Origin: a virus
Lineage: Duplodnaviria; Caudoviricetes
Reading direction: 5' to 3' (one strand)
DNA length: 43,476 nucleotides
IMG/VR virus record: IMGVR_UViG_3300028072_000009
Coordinates: 1-43,476 of that record
Below the pieces are notes generated by a model that was given only the letters and a program-made list of their open reading frames with translations, was not told where the DNA came from and did not search any database. Below are positions 9,539 through 16,559 of this stretch, piece by piece. The number at the start of each line of letters is the position of its first letter. Within the stretch, counting starts at the first letter, position 1. A program made the position numbers and the translations under genes.

Positions 9539-10204
9539 ATGGGGAAAGGTGTGTTTATCGATCTCACGGGGCGGCAATTGGGCCGCCTTACCGTCATCAG
9601 GCGCGCGCCCAACCATAAGGGTAGAACTATGTGGCAATGCCAATGCTCCTGCGGAAACTCCGCAGTGGTGGGCAGTAGCCACCTCATCAATGGTCATTCC
9701 GGACGATCAGGCGAGTCCCGGTTCACACGGTCGTGCGGTTGCTTACGCTCCGAGTTTGCACGGCAATCCAAACACGGGATGTCGGATACTCCGACTTATC
9801 ATATCTGGCGAGGCATGATGAGGCGCTGCTACAAGATAGGCTTTTCGGCCTATCCTCCATACGGAGGGCAGGGCATCACCGTTTGCAAGCACTGGCACAC
9901 ATTTGCGAATTTCTACGCTGACATGGGTGAGCGGCCGGAAGGCAAAACCCTCGACCGCATTGATAACGCCGGCAACTACGAACCAAGCAATTGCCGCTGG
10001 GCCACGCCAAAGGAACAGTCACAGAACCGCCGAAGCGTCCGGCTGATGACCTATGCCGGGGAAACAATGAACATGAGCGATTGGGCGTCGCGCCTTGGCA
10101 TCACAAAGACAGCTTTATCGCGGCGAATTGAGGCTGGATGGCCGTTAGAACGTGCCCTTACCGTACCGCAACCGCCTCGTTACCGTAATCTGCCCTCCGG
10201 TTGA
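9539..10204 (+). CDS. Free-standing HNH homing endonuclease 1 (antisense to late operon)
   Basis: IDLTGRQLGRLTVI..WQCQCSCG..SCGC..YGGQGITVC..TLDRIDNAGNYEPSNCRWAT..Q.QN; lower GC than flanks. Confidence 0.9.
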   Translation: MGKGVFIDLTGRQLGRLTVIRRAPNHKGRTMWQCQCSCGNSAVVGSSHLINGHSGRSGESRFTRSCGCLRSEFARQSKHGMSDTPTYHIWRGMMRRCYKIGFSAYPPYGGQGITVCKHWHTFANFYADMGERPEGKTLDRIDNAGNYEPSNCRWATPKEQSQNRRSVRLMTYAGETMNMSDWASRLGITKTALSRRIEAGWPLERALTVPQPPRYRNLPSG

Positions 10205-11733
10205 GGACTTACCTCGATGCCCGAAAGATGGCTAAACGCAGTCCCGGCGGGCAATTGCAGGCGCAGTCGCACATAGCGCCCGGTCGAGCGCAGCCCGCAA
10301 TTGCCCAGGATCGACACCGGCACGTTGACCCCGTAGGTCACGGCTTGCCATTGCTGCTCGCGGTATCCTGCGGCGATCGTGGCAGGGGCGCCGTTGCCCT
10401 CGATCAGCGGCCGCGCGGTGCCGTGCAATTTGGTGCGGCGGCCTGGCAGTCCGCCCTCCGCGGTTTCCACGGTGGGGCCTAGCGGCGGCCCGGTGAATTG
10501 CGCAAAACGGTGCTCGGCGTCAAACACACCGACATCCGGCTTGCTGGTCACCCAACTCATGCTGTCGAGGCTGGTGACGAAATCGTCGAGCGGGCCGTAG
10601 GGGTCGAGATCGTCGATCGACAGCGATGACGATATGTTCGCCTGCAGCCACTCGAACGGTTCTAATTCGCACAGCGTCCAGCGATCGAGCGCCCAGTTGT
10701 AGACCAGCAGCCGGTTGTACAAAGAAGACGACGTGCCGGCGCCGTGATAGGCCCACAACACGAGATTCGCATAGGGGACGCTGACGCCGGCGATCTGCTG
10801 CCGTCGCGGCGGCAGCATGTCCTCGTAGACAAAGCGGTCGATTCGTTGCGCGCCGATGCTCTGCGCCGCGGCGCCATCCCATGCCAGAAAGCCGTCGTCT
10901 GAGTACCAATACGCCACCGAGCGCATACCGGACGGCGACGGCATCCGCCGCGATACGATCGACCAGGGGGCGACGCAGCCCGCGACCCCCTCACTGACGG
11001 CGAAGCTCCATATGGCCGGCGAGCCGACGTAGGCGATTCGGATGCAGCCCCTCTCGAATATCGCCCCGCCATCGGCGCCAGACAGGTTGCCGCCGACGAT
11101 GCCCCGGAGATGCCCCATCTCCGAGGATTCCAAATCCTGGAAATCAGACTGGCGCATTATCGCGAGATCAGAGCCCGGGGTCGGCCAGTCGTGGGGATCT
11201 CCGATCGACGACCACCACAAACGCCGTGGCCGCTCGCCATCGACCGGATCGTTGGTGCTGCCGAGGAAGACAAAATCTTTGATGACCGCGACGTACTTGG
11301 CTTTCGGCGCGTCCGCAGAGAGATCGGCGAACAACCCGGTGCCGCCGGTGCGGATGTTGAAAAATTGCGGCGGGTCGATGTAGTTCGTAAAGATGACCAC
11401 GTCGCCGAACGCCGCGGCGCTCCAGGCTCCGCCGTCGTCATAGCTCAGGGTGTCGTAGCCCCCCGCTTTGCTGACATCGACCCAATCGCCGGCAGTGTCG
11501 CGGAAAAAGCGCATCAGCTTGGTCTGGGTGGCGACGAACATCCAGACCTGCCGCGACGGGTCCATCAGGGTGAGAGAACCGAAGGCGCGTTCCGGCAGTG
11601 GCTCGGTGCTGACCATCGGGCTAGGCATCGGGCCGTAGGAACCCTTGGTGCGCGCGATGACGTTGCGTGTCGCGGTGGAGCCGGTGCCGGCGGGTTGGTC
11701 CGGCACCCACTCGGCGAAGGGCAGGACCGGCAT
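10180..11733 (-). CDS. Tail nozzle / stabilization protein (P22 gp10 / T7 gp12-like)
   Basis: 517 aa from MPVLPFAEWVPDQ (TGATG overlap with upstream gene); beta-propeller-like composition, RLWWSSIGDP..W motif; follows the adaptor gene. Confidence 0.75.
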   Translation of the reverse strand: MPVLPFAEWVPDQPAGTGSTATRNVIARTKGSYGPMPSPMVSTEPLPERAFGSLTLMDPSRQVWMFVATQTKLMRFFRDTAGDWVDVSKAGGYDTLSYDDGGAWSAAAFGDVVIFTNYIDPPQFFNIRTGGTGLFADLSADAPKAKYVAVIKDFVFLGSTNDPVDGERPRRLWWSSIGDPHDWPTPGSDLAIMRQSDFQDLESSEMGHLRGIVGGNLSGADGGAIFERGCIRIAYVGSPAIWSFAVSEGVAGCVAPWSIVSRRMPSPSGMRSVAYWYSDDGFLAWDGAAAQSIGAQRIDRFVYEDMLPPRRQQIAGVSVPYANLVLWAYHGAGTSSSLYNRLLVYNWALDRWTLCELEPFEWLQANISSSLSIDDLDPYGPLDDFVTSLDSMSWVTSKPDVGVFDAEHRFAQFTGPPLGPTVETAEGGLPGRRTKLHGTARPLIEGNGAPATIAAGYREQQWQAVTYGVNVPVSILGNCGLRSTGRYVRLRLQLPAGTAFSHLSGIEVSPQPEGRLR

Positions 11734-12362
11734 CAGGGCGTTTCCCCAACCGGCATCACCCGCAAGGGCGAGCCGCCCCAGGTGGCGGCGATGTCGGCCC
11801 GGCGAATGCGCTCGAACGCCGCGTCTCGCAGCTGGATCCAGCCGACGACCCTCTCGTCGTTGCCGATGTATCCCTCGGCGCAGGCGAGCGAGCCGTATAG
11901 GTATAAATCCGGATAGGCGTCCAAGCACCAGTTGCTGGCAACCCGCGAGGACAGCGCCGGCAGCCCCTGCATGTAGTCGAGCACCACCGGCAGATCAGTG
12001 TCGGGCGGCGGCGAGATGCGCAGCTGCAGGCCCTCCAGCGTGTACCAGAGCGACCGGCCGGCGGCTGAAGCGTCATGCCAGTCGAGATCGTCGAGCTCGG
12101 AGGGCGTGCGAAACCGCAGCGGCACGGTGTTGTAGAGCGCGCGGCGCACCGCGGCGAAGTCGCACGGCAGTGGAAAGATACCGTCAGCGCCCCAGATTTC
12201 GACCCCGACTTGCTCGGCGAAGCGGGTGCGCAGCCGGTCGCGGGCCTCGGCCTCAAATAATGCGATGAAATCGGGGACCGCGGGAGAGATCAGGGGATCG
12301 TCCGGGCGGCCGATCCAGTTCAGAATGCTCGCCGACAATTCAGAGTAAGTGCTGAAGGGCAT
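11733..12362 (-). CDS. Head-tail adaptor / tail tubular protein A-like
   Basis: STYSELSASILNW..PDFIALFEAE..LP.DF..NWCLDAYPDLYLYGSL pattern typical of podovirus adaptors. Confidence 0.8.
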   Translation of the reverse strand: MPFSTYSELSASILNWIGRPDDPLISPAVPDFIALFEAEARDRLRTRFAEQVGVEIWGADGIFPLPCDFAAVRRALYNTVPLRFRTPSELDDLDWHDASAAGRSLWYTLEGLQLRISPPPDTDLPVVLDYMQGLPALSSRVASNWCLDAYPDLYLYGSLACAEGYIGNDERVVGWIQLRDAAFERIRRADIAATWGGSPLRVMPVGETP

Positions 12363-12514
12363 CAGTGACACTCTTTATCCGGGTCAAGGCGATTTTCGGT
12401 CGCCACCCCGCCGACGCCGCTGCAAACCGGGCACGGCTCCGGGTAGAGCCATTGATGGTCGACGAGCAGTAAGCCCCAACCTTCGCATTCGGGGCACTCA
12501 GAGCCGGCCCCCAC
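12362..12514 (-). CDS. Small CxxC-CxxC zinc-ribbon protein (start uncertain)
   Basis: CPECEG.G..PCPVCSG.G; its stop overlaps the adaptor ATG; the nearest in-frame start is a GTG. Confidence 0.4.
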   Translation of the reverse strand: MGAGSECPECEGWGLLLVDHQWLYPEPCPVCSGVGGVATENRLDPDKECH

Positions 12515-12821
12515 CCGTGCGGAGTTTGTTGAACTCGTTACTCGAGAGGAGTTCATTGATTTTCTTCCCGTGATTTGGGTCGAGGATGTTAACCCCCAGC
12601 GTGTGCAGCCACTCGTACTGCACGATATCGGGGATGCGGGCGACGTGCTGCATGTCCCCGCCCCGGGCGCCGTCGAGCCGATCCTCCGCATTGTGCCGCA
12701 GGATCTCGTCCACGTCGGAACTCTCCCAGTAGCGCCGGATGATGATCTGGTCGCCGTCGATCTCGATCGTGTTCCACGCCCGCGCAACGGGGTCCATGTC
12801 GAGGAGGTATTCAGTCGCCAT
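12498..12821 (-). CDS. Hypothetical protein downstream of capsid
   Basis: 107 aa, GAGG RBS; DVDEILRHN..MQHVARIP..LLSSNEFNKLRT pattern recalled from genes after SU10-type capsids. Confidence 0.7.
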   Translation of the reverse strand: MATEYLLDMDPVARAWNTIEIDGDQIIIRRYWESSDVDEILRHNAEDRLDGARGGDMQHVARIPDIVQYEWLHTLGVNILDPNHGKKINELLSSNEFNKLRTGGGRL

Positions 12822-12829
12822 GTGCGCCT

Positions 12830-13489
12830 CTAGGTGATGTAGCGCCAACTCCGGCCTTTGCGGATGTCGGTGACGTGCGTCAAGGATAGATCGAACATTT
12901 CGGCGAGTACCCAGCGTGGTGCTGAACTAGCGCGGATAAAGCGCACGTCATCTGCTGTCAGCTTGGCGCGCCCGTTGTGTTCGCCTTGGAACTTGTCGAA
13001 ACTGGCGTTTTTTGTCTGCTGCGATTGAGTAGCCCAGCGGACATTGCCTAGCTCGTAATTACCGTCATTGTTAATTCGATCGAGCGATAGGCCGGGCTCC
13101 GGAGGATCGCCGATATCGGCGTAATACGCCTCAAAGCTGTTAGTCCAGCGCTCGCAAACCTCAATGCCGCGGCCGCCATAGTTATGCCACGCGGCATTGT
13201 TGGGATTGCCGCATCTTGCCTTCATGCTCTTCCAGCGCTCGTAAGCGCTCGTTCTCTTGCCGCCGGCCTGGCCGTGCGTCCGATGCGCGGCGCCTATCCT
13301 CGCTTTGACATCGCAGCCGCAGCTGCCCTTCTTTCCCTGCTGCAGGGCATTGCCCACAGCGATAACGTCGGTGGCACCGCAGTCGCATACGCAGCGCCAT
13401 AGCGCCCGTCCCTTGGCGAACCCAGCCGGCTCTACGACGAGCAGCAGGCCGAACCGCTCCCCGACTAACTGACGTACTGGCTTACCCAT
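12830..13489 (-). CDS. Free-standing HNH homing endonuclease 2
   Basis: LVGERFGLLLVV..WRCVCDCG..SCGC..NYGGRGIEVCERW..SLDRINNDGNYELGNVRWAT plus C-terminal GEHNGRAKLT HTH-like DNA-binding tail. Confidence 0.9.
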   Translation of the reverse strand: MGKPVRQLVGERFGLLLVVEPAGFAKGRALWRCVCDCGATDVIAVGNALQQGKKGSCGCDVKARIGAAHRTHGQAGGKRTSAYERWKSMKARCGNPNNAAWHNYGGRGIEVCERWTNSFEAYYADIGDPPEPGLSLDRINNDGNYELGNVRWATQSQQTKNASFDKFQGEHNGRAKLTADDVRFIRASSAPRWVLAEMFDLSLTHVTDIRKGRSWRYIT

Positions 13490-13496
13490 GAGAAAT

Positions 13497-13537
13497 CCCC
13501 TGCAATGCTGCCATTGACAATGATAGCATCGCAGGGG
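13497..13537 (-). promoter_or_regulatory. RBS-sequestering hairpin containing an extended -10 element, upstream of HNH 2
   Basis: Minus strand CCCCTGCGATGCTATCATTGTCAATGGCAGCATTGCAGGGG-ATTTCTC-ATG; 3' arm holds the AGGGG SD-like sequence; TG-C-TATCAT lies in the 5' arm. Confidence 0.65.
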
Positions 13538-13576
13538 TAAGGTGCGTAGCGTTACCTGCCTAAACGGCAGATAATG

Positions 13577-14772
13577 TCAACTGAGGTCGAATACACCACC
13601 GCTCCCAGCTTCGTTCCTTGCTTCTAATGTCACCTCTGTAAGCATTAAATGCTTCTCTGAGTCTCCGGTTTTGGCAAGTTCCTCCGACTGGATGGGGCGG
13701 AGGTACGCGAGCTTCCACAAGTCCGGATTAATGACAAGGGCGTCCGTCGCTCTTACCACGCGATCCGGCCTTATTTCCAAGCTGCCGAAATCATGTACAT
13801 CATTCTGTTACCTGCCCTTGCGGGGCCGGGCTGGTCATTTCTGCCAGCCTCTCCGCCTTTCGAAACGGAGGTCGGACTCTATCTTCACCCGTTGCCCGGG
13901 TGCCTGACGTATTAGTCTCTGAGGGTTCCGGTCTTCGACCGGCCTTCCCTGCTGATTGTCCAATCCGATGGATTTTCACGGTTGCCCGTACCAGCGGCTC
14001 TAAGGAGTTCCCAGCATATAGTCAGGTTTTAGATCGGCATGTATGTCTACCGATCGACTGCAGCGTACAGCTTCTCCGGGGCGGCGTCCACATAGCGGGT
14101 GGCGTTACCCGTGAAGGTAGACATCACCTGTTTCTGTTTCGGCCCGACGAGGCACAGCCGCGCCTCTTCGTTGGAGTTTGTGAAAATCCCCTGCAGGACT
14201 GTCTTCAAACTTCCTTCCGTGAAGGCACGGGGGGTGCCTGGCGTTCTGGTCCCCGTTCCATCGGCGGCTGCCGGGTCGACGCCCGTTGCACCTTCATCGG
14301 TGTTTGTTTTCAGCCAGCTAAGCACGGAAGCGGAGACCCGGGCGGTGCTTGTCGTGCCTGCCGACTTGCCGAGATTAAGTCCAACACACATGTGCTCGAT
14401 GTCGAGACGCAGTTGCTTGCCGAGTTTTACCAACTGCATACTCGTCTCGGTCGTGCGCCCGGCCTTATCTACGACATCAGCCGTGCCGCTGACGATAAGT
14501 GTCTTTCTGAGGATCTGCGTGTAGTTCCCCAAACGGACAGTGGGCGTTACGCTGTCGAAGGTTGCAATGTCGTCGCCTTCCACCTGCGCATTGCTACCGG
14601 GGGCGGCGAGAACATCGGTTTGCCATTCATGGTACACCGCCTTGGCAGACGTTCTACCAACAGCGGTGACGAAGGGCGTCTCAAAAGGTGAGATTCTCCA
14701 TATCATTCCGGTAAGATCTTCTCGCAGGCCCCTCAACTGATAGGTCTGCGCCGTTCCACCTAGTACTGCCAT
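13577..14772 (-). CDS. Major capsid protein (SU10/DUF5309 type), two exons 14772-14049 and 13800-13577, 315 aa spliced
   Basis: REDL..I.RISP.ETPF..HEWQTD..NYTQI..K motifs in exon 1; LRP..EELAKTGDSEK..E.TLEARNE in exon 2; splicing restores AAVDRYVHDFGSLEIRPDR in frame (724+224=948 nt). Confidence 0.93.
13801..14048 (-). ncRNA. Group I self-splicing intron (248 nt, no internal ORF) in the major capsid gene
   Basis: P ATGCTGGGAA, Q AATCAGCAGG, R TCAGAGACTA, S AAGATAGAGTCC; P3 CCTGAC/GTCAGG; P8 CACCCG/CGGGTG; P1 GATCGGT|A..TGCCGATC with U.G at the 5' splice site; P10 TACAT/ATGTA; terminal G at 13801. Confidence 0.93.
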
Positions 14773-14797
14773 AACTGAGAGCTCCGATCGAAAGGGT

Positions 14798-15841
14798 TCA
14801 TTGGAGCCACTGCGCAACAATGCGAGCGGCGTTTTCGACCGACGGCTGTTGCTCGAACCGGGATGCCAGCTGGGTCATGCGGTTGCTGTTAGAAGCCACA
14901 CGACTGCTGCCGGGCCGTTGAACTTGCGGTGCTGGCGGAGGTGTGCGTTTGGCGTTGGCCTTGGCGACGTTGGAGGTTTGCTCCTCCGCGGACATTGCCT
15001 TCAGCGCGAGGCGGATTGCCCGATCGTCGATGCAGTCGATGATCTCCTGGTCCTGGAACCCTTGGGTTCGCAGGAACTGGCCTAATCGGCTGCCGATCTC
15101 CTGGGCTTTCTGTGGATCCGCGAACTCGGGCATGGCTTCCACCAGCCTTGCGTGCGCGAACCGTTTTGCCTGCTCTTTTTGCTGCGCCAACTCTTGGCCG
15201 TGCTGCTGCTGGACGCGTTGCACCTCGTTGTTGATCCAACTGAAGTGCTGTTGCATTGCATTAAACTCGGCCGATTTGCGTACATACTCCGCTGGGTTTT
15301 CGCTGCTCAGCTGCACCCAATTGATATTCGCGAACTCCTGGGCTTGGGGCAGCATGACCTGGCGAAACACCGACAAGTTTTGCACGTATTGCTGTCGGTC
15401 CTGGGTGGCTTGTTCGAGCCTCGCCGTGGCGATGCGCTCGACTTCGGCCCGCTCTTGCGTGGCTCGGTACACGGCGCCCGCCATCTCGCTGTCCCGGCGG
15501 CGGATTGTCTCCTGCACGGCGGGTGGCAGCGTCTGCCAGGTTTCGCGATCCTTGCCATTCCATCCGGCCGGCGCTTCGATGGGCGGTCTGCCATCGGCAT
15601 CCGCTTCGGGCTCTCCGGCGTCGTCGTCACCGCTGGCCGGGCTCTCATCCGGTGCGGTCTCATCCGACGGCTCATCGGCCGCCAATGATCCTGGGCTGTC
15701 GCTCTCAACGTCGTCGCCATCCAAGAGGCCGACGAGCACATTGGCGACTTCGCGATCGGTGACCGGCGCGCTCTCCGGCGCAGCAGGCGCGGCATCGCTC
15801 TCGGGCGCCGCTGCTGCGGCCCCGTTGGGCAAATCGGACAT
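14798..15841 (-). CDS. Capsid scaffolding protein
   Basis: Acidic disordered N-terminus, IEAPAGW..W..LPP..QE, coiled coil, INWVQL..ENPAEY; directly upstream of the capsid gene. Confidence 0.8.
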   Translation of the reverse strand: MSDLPNGAAAAAPESDAAPAAPESAPVTDREVANVLVGLLDGDDVESDSPGSLAADEPSDETAPDESPASGDDDAGEPEADADGRPPIEAPAGWNGKDRETWQTLPPAVQETIRRRDSEMAGAVYRATQERAEVERIATARLEQATQDRQQYVQNLSVFRQVMLPQAQEFANINWVQLSSENPAEYVRKSAEFNAMQQHFSWINNEVQRVQQQHGQELAQQKEQAKRFAHARLVEAMPEFADPQKAQEIGSRLGQFLRTQGFQDQEIIDCIDDRAIRLALKAMSAEEQTSNVAKANAKRTPPPAPQVQRPGSSRVASNSNRMTQLASRFEQQPSVENAARIVAQWLQ

Positions 15842-15849
15842 GGGGGTTC

Positions 15850-16173
15850 CTAGTAAGTTGGCTTTGGTGGTGGCGGCAGCGGCTCCGGCGGCACGCTTGG
15901 ATCGCGCGATGGCGGGATAAAGCCGCGCTCGCTGGCAGATACCTGAGCGACAACCTCGATCGTCTGCTGCCGGGGGATGTCCTTACGGTACTTCCACAGT
16001 GTCTTGGCGCCGGCAGCGCGCAGCCGGCCATTCTCGTAGTTCCGCTGGTCCTGCTCGGACCACTCGTCGTAGGCCCGGGGGTAGGGGCGGTTGCGCAGGG
16101 CGTCGCGCCAACCGCGCTGCGACAGCGTGGAGATGTAGCCTTTCAGCGCGATGCTGGCGGTGTTTGGTCCCAT
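15850..16173 (-). CDS. Hypothetical protein
   Basis: 107 aa from MGPNTAS; RGWRDA..YDEW...Q.NYENGR; fits the operon. Confidence 0.55.
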   Translation of the reverse strand: MGPNTASIALKGYISTLSQRGWRDALRNRPYPRAYDEWSEQDQRNYENGRLRAAGAKTLWKYRKDIPRQQTIEVVAQVSASERGFIPPSRDPSVPPEPLPPPPKPTY

Positions 16174-16182
16174 CAGCGCCCC

Positions 16183-16222
16183 GTGGGCAAAAGTGGGCAA
16201 GATTAGGCAAAAGTGGGCATGC
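16183..16222. repeat. Four imperfect tandem 10-bp repeats (GTGGGCAAAA)
   Basis: GTGGGCAAAA GTGGGCAAGA TTAGGCAAAA GTGGGCATGC fill most of the intergenic gap. Confidence 0.75.
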
Positions 16223-16223
16223 C

Positions 16224-16559
16224 CTACGCTGCCCAATCCTCCCGGCGTTCCTCCCGCAGCTGCTGCGCCGTCGCCACAGCCTCAGCGTCGCCGAGGAACG
16301 CCTTCAGCTTGGCCTCGACCTCGCGCAGCGCGCAGTGCAGCCGATAGAGCGTCTCGCGGCCCTCGGCGTCGCCCACCCGGCTGGTGCGCCAGCGCTCGGC
16401 GAGATCATCGGCCAGCACGTCGATCGCCAGCTGGAAGGTGGGATCCTCCAGGATCCGCTTGGCCTGCTCGCCGAGGCGCGAGGTTGATTCCGCGATCTCC
16501 TGCGGGATCTGCCCCTGCCCGCGCCGCCGCAGCCTGGCGAGCAGCTTCTCAGCAATCAT
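16224..16559 (-). CDS. Hypothetical protein between portal and scaffold
   Basis: GEQAKRILEDPTFQ.A..W..S..D.EGRE.LY pattern recalled at this position; ATGA overlap with portal stop. Confidence 0.7.
   Translation of the reverse strand: MIAEKLLARLRRRGQGQIPQEIAESTSRLGEQAKRILEDPTFQLAIDVLADDLAERWRTSRVGDAEGRETLYRLHCALREVEAKLKAFLGDAEAVATAQQLREERREDWAA

Noticed and set aside
12822-12850. Stranded capsid C-terminus after HNH 2, as seen for HNH 1 and HNH 3
   Set aside because: GRSWRYIT* is an ordinary end for this HNH type and resembles VFDLS* too weakly
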